Shown here: positions 53,700 to 63,426 of the stretch, piece by piece | How positions within the stretch are numbered: the first letter of the stretch is position 1 | Layout of the letters: each line of letters starts with the position of its first letter | Assembly: GCA_963844715.1 (NCBI GenBank) | Contig: CAWJPJ010000007.1 | Coordinates: 1-64,000, forward strand | DNA from: an uncultured Phycisphaerales bacterium | GTDB taxonomy: Bacteria > Planctomycetota > Phycisphaerae > Tepidisphaerales > Tepidisphaeraceae | DNA: 64,000 bases | Direction: 5' to 3' | Position numbers and translations under genes: made by a program | Notes under the pieces: generated by a model | Told to the model about the DNA's origin: nothing | Database searches by the model: none | Seen by the model: only the letters and a program-made list of their open reading frames with translations

Positions 53700-55277
53700 A
53701 TGGCAGTCATTTCAAAACGTCCCTGCGTGATCATCGTTCGCGACGGCTGGGGAAAAAATCCTCATCCGGAATGGAATCGCGCCAACGCGGTTTATCTCGC
53801 GAAACATCCGGTTGCGGATCGAATTATGCAGAAATATCCCGTCACGCTGATTCACACCAGCGGGTTCGACGTCGGTCTTCCCGAGGGAACGATGGGGAAC
53901 AGCGAAGTGGGACACCAGAACATCGGCGCGGGGCGGATCGTGGACCAGGAATCGGTCGCAATCACCAAGCAAATCCGCAACGGACAATTTTTTGCGAATC
54001 CGGCGCTGAATCAGGCAATCGACTCGGCGAAGCTGATGGGCGGCGCGGTGCATTTGTTCGGAATTGTCAGCGACGCCGGCGTGCATGGATTGCTTGAACA
54101 TCTCTACGCGTGCCTGGAACTGTGCAAGCGCAAGGGGCAGGCGCGGGTGTTTTTGCACGCGTTTTCGGACGGTCGCGACACGCCGCCGAGCAGCGGATTG
54201 GGATACGTGCGGGCTATCGAGGAAAAAATGAAATCGATCGGCGTGGGGGCGGTCGCGACGGTGAGCGGAAGATACTGGGCGATGGACCGGGACAACCGGT
54301 GGAACCGCGTGGAAAAGGCGTACCGCGCCATCGTCTTCGGGGAGGGGGAGAAATATTCCTCGGCGACGGCGGCAATTCAGCATTATTACGATCATCCCAC
54401 GTCGCCGAATATGACGGGGGACGAATTCATCACGCCGTCGGTGATTTGCGACGATGGCAAAACGCCGCGCGCGACGGTGAAAAATGGGGACTCGATTATT
54501 TTTTATAATTATCGCGGAGACCGGCCGCGCGAACTCACCAAGGCGTTTGTGATGCCGAAGTTCGAGGGATTCGATCGCGGGCCGAAGCTGGAAGTTTTTT
54601 ATTGCACGATGACGGCGTATGAGCAGAGTTTGCCGGTGCATGTGGCGTATCCGAAGCCGCCGAAGATGAGCAACATCCTGGGTCAGTATGCGAGCGATCT
54701 TGGACTCAAGCAGTTTCGCTGCGCGGAGACGGAGAAGTTTCCGCACGTGACATTTTTCTTCAACGACTATCGGGAGGAGCCGTTTCCGGGGGAGGATCGG
54801 CAGATCATTCCCTCGCCGAAGGATGTGTCGACGTACGACCAGAAGCCGGAGATGAGCGCATACGATGTTTGCGACGAAGTGGTGAAGCGGATCGAATCGC
54901 GGGCGTATGACCTGATCGTGGTGAATTTCGCCAACGGGGACATGGTGGGCCATACGGGCGTGCTCCCGGCGGCGATCAAGGCGGTGGAAATCGTGGATGA
55001 ATGCGTTGGGCGGATCCTGGATGCGCTGAAGAAGACGGACGGCGTGGCGATCGTGCTGGCGGATCACGGGAACTGCGAGCAGATGATCGACCCGGGCACG
55101 GGAGCGCCGCATACGGCCCATACGACCTATGACGTGGAATTGATCGTCGTGGACGACCGGTATGTGGGCAAGAAATTGCGCCAAGGGGGGCGTTTGGCGG
55201 ATGTCGCCCCCACGGCTTTGACGATGATGGGACTGCCGCAACCGGCGGAAATGACGGGTGTGAGCCTGCTTACGTGA
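53700..55277 (+). CDS. gpmI: 2,3-bisphosphoglycerate-independent phosphoglycerate mutase
   Basis: DGWG; MGNSEVGH; DGRDT; GRYWAMDRD; AETEK; DMVGHTG; ADHGNCE. Confidence 0.97.
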   Translation: MAVISKRPCVIIVRDGWGKNPHPEWNRANAVYLAKHPVADRIMQKYPVTLIHTSGFDVGLPEGTMGNSEVGHQNIGAGRIVDQESVAITKQIRNGQFFANPALNQAIDSAKLMGGAVHLFGIVSDAGVHGLLEHLYACLELCKRKGQARVFLHAFSDGRDTPPSSGLGYVRAIEEKMKSIGVGAVATVSGRYWAMDRDNRWNRVEKAYRAIVFGEGEKYSSATAAIQHYYDHPTSPNMTGDEFITPSVICDDGKTPRATVKNGDSIIFYNYRGDRPRELTKAFVMPKFEGFDRGPKLEVFYCTMTAYEQSLPVHVAYPKPPKMSNILGQYASDLGLKQFRCAETEKFPHVTFFFNDYREEPFPGEDRQIIPSPKDVSTYDQKPEMSAYDVCDEVVKRIESRAYDLIVVNFANGDMVGHTGVLPAAIKAVEIVDECVGRILDALKKTDGVAIVLADHGNCEQMIDPGTGAPHTAHTTYDVELIVVDDRYVGKKLRQGGRLADVAPTALTMMGLPQPAEMTGVSLLT

Positions 55278-55340
55278 TGACTTTTGCATTCTTGCCAGCG
55301 GGTCTCATCTCCCTATAATTTCGGTCCTAAGGAGTTCTTC

Positions 55341-55601
55341 ATGGCCCACATCATTGCCGAGCCCTGCATCGGCACTAAAGACACGGCCTGCGTGGCCGTT
55401 TGCCCGGTCGATTGCATCCATCCGACGAAGGACGAGGCGAGTTTCGCGTCGGCGGATCAGCTTTTTATCGATCCGGACACCTGCATCGATTGCGGGCTAT
55501 GCGTGGATGAATGCCCGGTGACGGCGATCTTCCCGCAGGAGGATTTGCCGGCGGAATGGGCCTCTTTCATCGAGAAAAACACGGCTTATTACAAGAAATA
55601 G
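55341..55601 (+). CDS. Dicluster (3Fe-4S/4Fe-4S) ferredoxin
   Basis: CIGTKDTACVAVCPVDCI; CIDCGLCVDECP; AAGGAG SD. Confidence 0.95.
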   Translation: MAHIIAEPCIGTKDTACVAVCPVDCIHPTKDEASFASADQLFIDPDTCIDCGLCVDECPVTAIFPQEDLPAEWASFIEKNTAYYKK

Positions 55602-55692
55602 CCGGTTTCCCGCCTTGGAGCAGCTTTATCTGCTCCAGATGTAACCTGCCTGACGCTGTCTCCCACTATTGAGAGTGAAAGGAGACAGTTTT

Positions 55693-56214
55693 ATGAAAAA
55701 GAGTCTTTTGGTTGTGTTGCTCGCGGTTGCGGGCCTTTGCGGGGGTTTTGGGACTTACGCGTTATCTGATGTATTGGGGGCCGATTCTCCGGCGACCCAG
55801 CCCAGTTTCGGGTATGGCTGGCATCAGGGCGTGCTGGCGCGGTTTGTCCGCGCGGAGATCGGACGATGGATCACCCTTCGGAATGAGTTGGATTTGACGC
55901 CGGCCCAGCGGGAACAGATCCATGACATCCTGCTGTCGCACAAAGATCAGATCGTCGCGGTGATGCAGCCGGTCGCCCATGACCGTCAAGCCCTTCGGGA
56001 TGCGATCGCCGATCCGAATTCGGACGAACAGACGATTCGGGCGGACGCGGACAAGCTTGGCCGTTCACTGGGCGACGCGGCGGTTCTAGCGGCTCAGATC
56101 AAGAAGGAGATTGCCCCGGTCCTGACGCCGGAGCAGCTACAGAAACTAAGCGACTTCCGCGCCCAGTCGGACCATGCGGTGGATGAGTTCTTCCAGAAGG
56201 TTTCGGCCGAGTAG
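55693..56214 (+). CDS. Spy/CpxP-family periplasmic protein
   Basis: Signal peptide; LDLTPAQ and VLTPEQ (LTxxQ) motifs. Confidence 0.85.
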   Translation: MKKSLLVVLLAVAGLCGGFGTYALSDVLGADSPATQPSFGYGWHQGVLARFVRAEIGRWITLRNELDLTPAQREQIHDILLSHKDQIVAVMQPVAHDRQALRDAIADPNSDEQTIRADADKLGRSLGDAAVLAAQIKKEIAPVLTPEQLQKLSDFRAQSDHAVDEFFQKVSAE

Positions 56215-56298
56215 GGTGGCATGACCGCAGCCCTTTGCTGGTTCGAGATTATATTGGCATCGGTGGATCAATCGTCGCCGTTGCCGGATCATGGGTGC

Positions 56299-56840
56299 AT
56301 GGACGACTCGGCCGATGGGGCCGACATCTCCCGCACCTTATCCGGCGACGGCGACGCCTTTGCGCAGATCGTCCGGAGGCATCAAGCAGCCGTGGCGCGG
56401 CAACTTCGGCATTTTGGGCGTGGGGCGGATTTGGAGGAGCTGGTTCAGGAAGTTTTTGTGCAGGCGTATTTGAGTTTGAAGGGATTTTCGGGAAGAGCGC
56501 CGTTTTCGCACTGGCTTAGCCGGATCGCGACACGGACGGGATATGCGTGGCTGAAAAAGCGGAAGCGGAATGCGTTCGTGGAGTTGAGCGACCAGACGGC
56601 GGCACGAAGCACATCCGGCGATGTGGGGCAGAATCGGGAACTGCTGGAGCATTTGCTTTCCCAGCTTTCGGCGCGGGATCGGCTGGTTTTGACGCTGTTG
56701 CATCTGGAAGAGCATTCGATCGCCGAAACGGCCGAGCTCACGGGATGGAGCCAGACGATGGTGAAGGTTCAGGCATTTGCGCTCGGGGGAAATTGAAGAA
56801 GCTGATCAAAAATTCGGGTCTTGACGGAGGCGAATCATGA
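56299..56840 (+). CDS. ECF sigma-70 factor (frameshift ~56780)
   Basis: GDGDAFAQIV; EELVQEVF; FSHWLSRIA; SIAETAELTGWS..MVKVQA. Confidence 0.9.
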
Positions 56841-57085
56841 AGGAAATCGACATCCTGAAAAAATTGGCTGGGAATCCCGCGGAAGAGGGAATCGAAGTGA
56901 CGGATCGCGTGATGCGGCAAATCCGCGCGATGCGGCGGGAGACGGAGCCGAAGGGAATGTGGCTGGCGGCGCTGCTCAGTTCGGGGGCGGCGCTGGCGAC
57001 GGTTCTGCTGGCGGTTCAGTCGATTGCGGATTTTCAGGATCCGTTCGGGGGATTTCTTAATTCGATCTGGACGGTGCTGCGATGA
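56837..57085 (+). CDS. Small single-TM protein, putative anti-sigma factor
   Basis: ATGA-coupled to the sigma factor; VTDRVMRQI followed by a TM segment. Confidence 0.6.
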   Translation: MKEIDILKKLAGNPAEEGIEVTDRVMRQIRAMRRETEPKGMWLAALLSSGAALATVLLAVQSIADFQDPFGGFLNSIWTVLR

Positions 57086-57546
57086 CTCAATACCCGGGAT
57101 ATCCACCGCCGCTTCCGCAAGGATACACGCTGCCGGCGCGGCGGCCGCGGCGTTGGGTGCGCGTTCTGCTGGCATTCGTGATCTTCTTTGGAGGCGTGAC
57201 GGTGGGGAGCGCGGGGACGATCATCGTGGCGGTCCACCGGATTCGTTATATCATTCAGCATCCGCAGGAAGCGCCGCAGCGCCTCACGGCGATGCTGCGG
57301 CGGCGGTTGGATCTGACGCCGGATCAGGCCGACCAGGTCGAGGCGATTATTGCGGTGCGGCAGCGGCATTTGCAGGAGATTCGGCGTGAGAATCAGCCGC
57401 GTGTAGACGCGGAACTGGAAGGGCTGCGGCATGACATTGACGGGGTTCTGGACCCCGAACAGCGGGATAAGTGGGACACGATGTTTGACGACGCGATCAC
57501 GCGCTGGCTGCCTCCGCCGCCGCCGCTTTCGGCGACCCAGCCGTGA
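57082..57546 (+). CDS. Membrane-anchored LTxxQ-type periplasmic protein
   Basis: N-terminal TM; LDLTPDQ; VLDPEQ. Confidence 0.7.
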   Translation: MTQYPGYPPPLPQGYTLPARRPRRWVRVLLAFVIFFGGVTVGSAGTIIVAVHRIRYIIQHPQEAPQRLTAMLRRRLDLTPDQADQVEAIIAVRQRHLQEIRRENQPRVDAELEGLRHDIDGVLDPEQRDKWDTMFDDAITRWLPPPPPLSATQP

Positions 57547-57569
57547 AGGTGCTCTATAATCTGCCGTAA

Positions 57570-59783
57570 ATGAGTATGGCGACGGTCAATATCGATGGCA
57601 TGAACTGCGCAAGTTGCGTCAGCCACGTGCAGAAGGCGGCGCGGCAGGTGCAAGGGGTGGAAGCGTGCGAAGTGAATCTGGCGACGGGGCGGGCGACGGT
57701 ACGGTTTGATCCTGGGAGGACCGATCCGGGGAAAATAGCGGCGGCGATCACGGCCGTCGGATATGCGGCGGAGCCAACCTCGGCACCGGGGCATACTCAT
57801 GGGGGGCGCGACGATCACAGCCGGGCGTGGGGCCGTCGGGCTATTGCGGGGATTATTCTTTGGTTTCCGCTTGAACTGACGCATTGGATATTGCGGGTGG
57901 CGTCGTCGCATCCGCATGCGGGGTGCGAACTCAACGATTGGATGACCTGGGCGAGCCTGGCGTGTTCGACGCTGGCGATGCTGTATGTCGGCCGGGCGTT
58001 TTACGCCAGCGCATGGCGTTCCCTTCGTCACGGGACGAGCAATATGGATACGCTGATCGCGATGGGGGCGACGGTGGCGTACGGGTACAGCATCATCGCG
58101 CTGCTTGGGCATTGGCTGGGGCGATGGGGAGCGCCGCCGGCGCTTTATTTCATGGAATCGAGCGGGTTTTTGGCGCTGATCAGTCTGGGGCATTGGATGG
58201 AGGCGCGGGCGCGGCATTCGGCGGGAGATGCGATCCGGCAATTGATGAATCTGGCGCCGGCGACTGCGTTGAAGCTGGATGAGCAGAACTCGCCGCGGGA
58301 AATTCCGGTGGCGGACGTGCAGGTTGGGGATCGAATTCTGATCCAGCCCGGGGATCGCGTGCCGGTGGATGGGGCGATTCTGGCCGGGCAGTCGGCCATC
58401 GACGAATCGATGCTGACGGGGGAATCGCTGCCGGTGTTCCGAAAGATCGGCGATGAAATCGTCGGGGGAACGCTCAACACGGACGGGCGCATCACCATTC
58501 GCGCGACGCGGATCGGGCAGGAGACGGCGCTGGCGCAAATCGTGCAATTGGTCGAGTCGGCGCAATCGGCAAAGCCGCCGATTCAGCAACTGGCGGATCG
58601 AATTTCGGCGGTATTTGTGCCGGCGGTGCTGTGCATTGCGCTGGTGACGGGGGCGGGATGGTACGTGTGGGGAGCGTCGCACGATTGGGCGGCGGGTCGA
58701 ACCTGGGCGACGCTGGCAAACGCGGCTTGCAGCGTGCTGATCATCGCGTGCCCCTGCGCGCTGGGGCTGGCGCTGCCAGCGGCGCTGATGGTCGGGACCG
58801 GAATGGGCGCGCGGCGGGGAATTCTATTGCGCGACATGGACGCGCTACAGAACGCGGAGCGGATTGAGACGGTCGTGTTGGATAAGACGGGAACCGTAAC
58901 GCTGGGGAAGCCGACGGTGGAAGCGATCCTTCCGGCGGATGGAATTTCTACGGAGAGACTTCTGGAGATGGCCGCGGCGGCGGAGCAGTTCAGCGGGCAT
59001 CCGCTGGCCAAGGCCGTGGTGGCGGCGGCGCGCGAGAGGGGACGAGCGCTGGCCGAGCCAACCGGGTTCAACAATGAAGCGGGGTTGGGAGTGGTCGCGG
59101 AATTCGGCGATGCGACGGTGTTGGTGGGGAGCGCCGGGTTGCTGGAGAAGTACGGCGCGAAAGTGCCGGGGGCGGGATCGGGCAGCGTAGTGCATGTCGC
59201 GGAGAAGCGGAATGGGGAGGTTCGATATCTGGGGCACATCGCGCTGGCGGACCCGGTGAAGCCGGAATCGGCGGCGGCGGTTGCGCAATTGCATGCGATG
59301 AAATTGCGGACGGTGCTGCTCAGCGGTGATGGACCGGCGGCGGTGGAGGCGGCGGCGAAGGCTGTGGGGATTACGGAAGTTCGGGCGGGGGTGAAGCCGG
59401 GCGAAAAGGCGGATTTCGTCCGGTCGCTACAGAAAGAGACCACGGTGGCGATGGTGGGCGATGGAATAAACGATGCGCCGGCGCTGGCGGCGGCGGACCT
59501 GGGAATCGCCATCGGGTCGGGGTCGGACGTGGCGAAGGAAGTGGGCGGGATTGTCCTGGTGGGCGGAAGCCTGCTGGGGGTGGCGGCGGCGATCCGCCTT
59601 TCGCGGGCCACGATGCGCTGCGTGAGGCAAAATCTCTTCCTGGCGTTCGTCTACAATGTGCTGGCAATCCCGGTCGCGGCGATGGGTTTACTCAATCCGC
59701 TGTGGGCGGCGGCGGCAATGGCACTTTCGGATGTGACGGTCATCGGGAACGCCCTGCGACTCAGAGGTAAAAAACTGGATTGA
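57570..59783 (+). CDS. copA: Copper-translocating P1B-type ATPase
   Basis: GMNCASC; TGES; IACPCALGLA; DKTGT; HP; GDGINDAP; YN and MALS. Confidence 0.93.
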   Translation: MSMATVNIDGMNCASCVSHVQKAARQVQGVEACEVNLATGRATVRFDPGRTDPGKIAAAITAVGYAAEPTSAPGHTHGGRDDHSRAWGRRAIAGIILWFPLELTHWILRVASSHPHAGCELNDWMTWASLACSTLAMLYVGRAFYASAWRSLRHGTSNMDTLIAMGATVAYGYSIIALLGHWLGRWGAPPALYFMESSGFLALISLGHWMEARARHSAGDAIRQLMNLAPATALKLDEQNSPREIPVADVQVGDRILIQPGDRVPVDGAILAGQSAIDESMLTGESLPVFRKIGDEIVGGTLNTDGRITIRATRIGQETALAQIVQLVESAQSAKPPIQQLADRISAVFVPAVLCIALVTGAGWYVWGASHDWAAGRTWATLANAACSVLIIACPCALGLALPAALMVGTGMGARRGILLRDMDALQNAERIETVVLDKTGTVTLGKPTVEAILPADGISTERLLEMAAAAEQFSGHPLAKAVVAAARERGRALAEPTGFNNEAGLGVVAEFGDATVLVGSAGLLEKYGAKVPGAGSGSVVHVAEKRNGEVRYLGHIALADPVKPESAAAVAQLHAMKLRTVLLSGDGPAAVEAAAKAVGITEVRAGVKPGEKADFVRSLQKETTVAMVGDGINDAPALAAADLGIAIGSGSDVAKEVGGIVLVGGSLLGVAAAIRLSRATMRCVRQNLFLAFVYNVLAIPVAAMGLLNPLWAAAAMALSDVTVIGNALRLRGKKLD

Positions 59784-59939
59784 AGAAGCGGGATTTTGTC
59801 CCTTGACGGCGTGGGATCGGGCCGCTTCAATACCGGCCGCCTTGGTTAAATTCGACCATTTTGTGATGTGCAAACCGCGCCTCGCGCTGTTGCGACGAGC
59901 CGGGGCGATTACCCATGAATTACTATATCGGTGCCAACT

Positions 59940-60377
59940 ATGAACGCTTCATCGGATGAACGCGGAATGACTGCATTGATCGGGGCTCATCTCGGGGTTC
60001 TGGAACTGGCGGAATTGTCGCTGGGGGGCGATCTGGATTGCTCGCTGGCGGGCGCCGGGTTGCCGGAGGAGATCGAGGACGCCAAGAAGAAGCCGCGCGA
60101 GGAGCCCGAGGAAGAAGGAGAAAAGGGCGGCGGGAGCGAAAAAGAGGAAGATGAGGACGTCGGGTTCGACGACGATGAGGAGGAAGAAGAGGAGGAAGAG
60201 GAAGAGGCCGCGGAAGGGCCGGAAGAGGAGGAGGCCGTCGAAGACGAGGAGTTCGACGAGGAGGACGACGAAGACGAAGATGAAGACGAGGATGACGACG
60301 ACTTCGACAATCCGGATGACGACGACGACTACGATGACGACGATGATGACGAAGACGAGTTCGAAGACGATGAATAG
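59940..60377 (+). CDS. Extremely Asp/Glu-rich low-complexity protein (start uncertain)
   Basis: GAR/GAY codons with synonymous variation over ~250 bp in one frame. Confidence 0.7.
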   Translation: MNASSDERGMTALIGAHLGVLELAELSLGGDLDCSLAGAGLPEEIEDAKKKPREEPEEEGEKGGGSEKEEDEDVGFDDDEEEEEEEEEEAAEGPEEEEAVEDEEFDEEDDEDEDEDEDDDDFDNPDDDDDYDDDDDDEDEFEDDE

Positions 60378-60429
60378 TCGGCGGCGACCGTCGTCACGCT
60401 GATTCCCCCGCACATCCCAGCGAAAACTG

Positions 60430-60853
60430 TCAGCCCTGGCCCGAGCGGCGGGCTTTTAGTTCCGAGCGTTTTCGTTTGGAATCGAGGCGGCGCTGTCTGG
60501 AGGCGCGCGAGGGCTTGGTTGCGCGGCGCGGCTTGGGCTGGATTTGGGCGGTTACAATCAATTCCCTCAATCTTTGGAATATATGCTTTCGATTCCCCTG
60601 CTGAGTTCGGAGGGCGTCGCTGCTGAGATGGATTTCATCCCGGTCGGTGAGGCGCGAGCCGGCGAGATGGCGCAGGCGGGTCAGGGCGCGGGGAGAGAGA
60701 CCCTGGATTTGAGAAAGCTCGATCCAGAGTTCGGCTTTGGTGTTGACCTTGTTGACATTTTGTCCGCCGGGCCCGCTGCCGCGCAGCGAATTGGAGGCGG
60801 ATTCCGTGCTCCGGGATGCGAACGCCGGGGGCGAGATCAATCGCGGCGCTCAT
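60430..60853 (-). CDS. arfB: Alternative ribosome rescue factor B (frameshift ~60785)
   Basis: RGSGPGGQNVNKVNTK; RTQ..N; PKPRRATKPS..S...RL..K. Confidence 0.92.
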
Positions 60854-61404
60854 GGGGAATTGTGCTCGCTAAATGTGGGGGGGAGATAGGGATGGCGCAT
60901 CCAGGCGGAGAGGCGCGCTTGGCGCGTGACCGAGCCGAGGAACATGACCAGCAGCAGGACGACGAGATTGAGGCGCATCCATCGGATCGGGCGCGCGGGC
61001 GGGACCGGGCCGATGGTCAGGCTCAGCGCGATCAGGACGGCAACGATGCCGGTGCTGGCGTGGGCAACCCACCACCAACCGGGCCGGCTGCCAGGGGGAA
61101 TTTCCTGCGGAACCGGGCCGGTCAGGCCGGGGATTATTGCGTAACGGTCGCTGCTGTATTGGTCCCAATGTTCGAAGGTGTTGATGACGCCGCTGAAAAT
61201 GATCAGGCTGGCGGAGACCCAGACGATCCATTTGAAGACCCACCGGGTACGGGCGAAGATGAGGAGCTGCTGCTCCGGGCTCAACTCGTCGATGGCGACG
61301 GGAACAACCATTTCATAAAAGAGCGTGCCTCCGACGAGCGCGGTGACGCAGACGATGTGAAGGTATCTGGCGAGGAAATAGACCGCGAACTCGTAGGTGG
61401 ACAT
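60850..61404 (-). CDS. Four-TM membrane protein
   Basis: ARYLHIV.....VGG; paralogous to the upstream gene. Confidence 0.7.
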   Translation of the reverse strand: MSTYEFAVYFLARYLHIVCVTALVGGTLFYEMVVPVAIDELSPEQQLLIFARTRWVFKWIVWVSASLIIFSGVINTFEHWDQYSSDRYAIIPGLTGPVPQEIPPGSRPGWWWVAHASTGIVAVLIALSLTIGPVPPARPIRWMRLNLVVLLLVMFLGSVTRQARLSAWMRHPYLPPTFSEHNSP

Positions 61405-61419
61405 GGGTTTGTTCCCGGG

Positions 61420-61883
61420 TCAAGGCGTTGTGTTGTGAGGGGCGGCGGTTACGGATTCGCGGGCCGATTTGAGCGTTGACGCCGCCGCCACGGCGGCCAA
61501 AAGAACGAGAAGATTAATCGCCAGCCATTTACGATGGGTTTTGCGGGGTCCGGCCGGCCAGAAGGTAAATCGCTATCGACATTGCGGTCAGCCCGAGCAG
61601 GACATGCACGCCCCAGAGGGGATGGAGCAGGGGCGGATCGAGATTATATTTTCCCCAGGCGGCCGCACTGTTGTAGGCGCCGCTGAGAAGCAGGAAGAGG
61701 ATCATGGTATGCATGACCATCTTGAACCGGCGGCGGATTTTCAGCAGCGCGGTCCTGCGCCTGTTCGGCGGGCAATATTTTTAAGCCGGCGGGGAGGACG
61801 ACGTAGATGAAAAAAACGCTGCCTAGAGTGATGCATGCCGAAACGACGTGAACCCAACGCGATAGAATGGTCAGCCAGGGCAT
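61420..61883 (-). CDS. Four-TM membrane protein (frameshifted)
   Basis: SRWVHVVSA...LGS; LLLSGAYN; WGVHVLL. Confidence 0.65.
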
Positions 61884-61991
61884 GATTTTTGCGCATAATC
61901 TGTATCCCAAATCGGGACCTTAGTCCAAAAAACGGTTTTTTGCCCCCGGACGGTCGGACAGCTAAATTGTTGCTCTTTCACCGGTAAACGT

Positions 61992-62753
61992 ATGGTTCGA
62001 GCCATTTTATTCGATCTCGGCGACACGCTGCTGGATTTTGAGAAGATGGACAATGATCGCATTTCCCGCGAAGGGGCGTCGGCGGCGTATGAGTTGCTTC
62101 GCGGGGCGGGATGCAAGCTGCCGTCGGTGGATCGATACCGGCGGGCAAATGTCGCGTCGATCCGCTGGGCGCTGATCCGGTCGAAACTCAATGGCAGGGA
62201 GTTCAACGGGCAGCCGATCATGTGGGGGCACGCACTGCGCCTGGGGGCGCCGAACAACGAAGAATTTATGCGTGAGCTATCGTGGCTTTGGTACAAGCCG
62301 GTGGTGCCGCACAGCAGCATTGAGCCGGACTTGATCGAGACGCTGATCAAAATCCGGGACGCGGGGATCAAAATTGGCATCGTTTCCAACACGTTCATAC
62401 CGGGAGCGCTTCTGGATCGGCATTTGGAGATGATGGGATTGCTGGAGCATTTGCCGGTGCGGATTTATTCCAGTGAGGTCGGATTCCGCAAGCCGCATCC
62501 GGTGATTTTTTACCGCGCGCTGGCGGCAATTCAGACGAAGCCTCGGGACACTCTTTTTGTCGGGGACGTCGTCAAGAACGACATCGTGGGGGCGGCGCGG
62601 CTGGGGATGCGGACGGCACTGAAGCTGAAGAATGGGAACGGGCACCTCCAATCGCCGGCGGATTACGAGATTCGGAAGATCTCCGACCTGGTGCCGATCT
62701 TGTTCGCTAAATCAACTGATCCAGACCCGAAAAGCCAAGAACCTCGTGGGTGA
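61992..62753 (+). CDS. HAD-superfamily hydrolase
   Basis: FDLGDTL; VSNT; RKP..IF; VGD...NDI.GA. Confidence 0.9.
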   Translation: MVRAILFDLGDTLLDFEKMDNDRISREGASAAYELLRGAGCKLPSVDRYRRANVASIRWALIRSKLNGREFNGQPIMWGHALRLGAPNNEEFMRELSWLWYKPVVPHSSIEPDLIETLIKIRDAGIKIGIVSNTFIPGALLDRHLEMMGLLEHLPVRIYSSEVGFRKPHPVIFYRALAAIQTKPRDTLFVGDVVKNDIVGAARLGMRTALKLKNGNGHLQSPADYEIRKISDLVPILFAKSTDPDPKSQEPRG

Positions 62754-63381
62754 AGAAGGGCTCCGCGTAGGGCGTGCCGATGCGGCCGCCGAAATACCCG
62801 CAGAGGGTTCGGACCATTTCCGGGACGGGATTGTCGTTCCAGCCGAATTGAGATGCGTAGGCGGCGACGGCCTTCATTTTTATGTCCATCTGCGCGCTGA
62901 CGTCCAGGCAGAAGGTGGGCTGAATGGAGAGGCGCAGGTGGGTGCAAAAGTAATAGATGATTCGCTTGGGATACCAGGGCTCGCCGGGGATGGAGCTGCG
63001 CGTGAGCTTGGCGTCGAAGCGGGCGTCTTCGCCGATTTTTGTCACGGCGACGTGGTCCGGATGAGCGTCCAGCGGATAGGGGAGAAATAAGATTTCCGGC
63101 TTGTGGATGCGGATGACGGCGGCGAGTTTATGGCGGCTGGGGATGTCGTGGACCACCTGCCGGTTGACCAGGCCAAGCTGAGTCCGCTCGACGCCGAGGA
63201 TTTTCGCGGCGGCGGCGGATTCGGCGGCGCGGGTTTCGGGGGAGCCGCGCGGGGTGGGCTCGCCATCGGTCATATCGACGATGTGAACGCGGTGGCCTTG
63301 TTCGACGAAGCGGGCGATGGAGCCGCCCATGCCGAGTTCCTGGTCGTCCGGATGGGGGCCGATGACCAACAGGGATGCCAT
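62707..63381 (-). CDS. bshB1: PIG-L family deacetylase, bacillithiol BshB1-like
   Basis: GPHPDDQELGMGG; MTDGEPT..GS...R..E; DAHPDH; YAEPF. Confidence 0.8.
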   Translation of the reverse strand: MASLLVIGPHPDDQELGMGGSIARFVEQGHRVHIVDMTDGEPTPRGSPETRAAESAAAAKILGVERTQLGLVNRQVVHDIPSRHKLAAVIRIHKPEILFLPYPLDAHPDHVAVTKIGEDARFDAKLTRSSIPGEPWYPKRIIYYFCTHLRLSIQPTFCLDVSAQMDIKMKAVAAYASQFGWNDNPVPEMVRTLCGYFGGRIGTPYAEPFFTHEVLGFSGLDQLI

Positions 63382-63426
63382 GGGGGACATTGTAGCGAAG
63401 GTTGTGATTCGGTGCCCGGCGGCTCT

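Noticed and set aside
53712..55289. 525-aa antisense ORF to gpmI, and similar long shadow ORFs (57393..58682, 34257..35282, 58583..59611)
   Set aside because: These are GC-rich opposite-strand shadows of recognisable genes and have no motifs of their own.
59949..60413. Poly-Ser and Val/Ile-rich ORFs on the minus strand
   Set aside because: These are alternate-frame readings of the acidic ORF.
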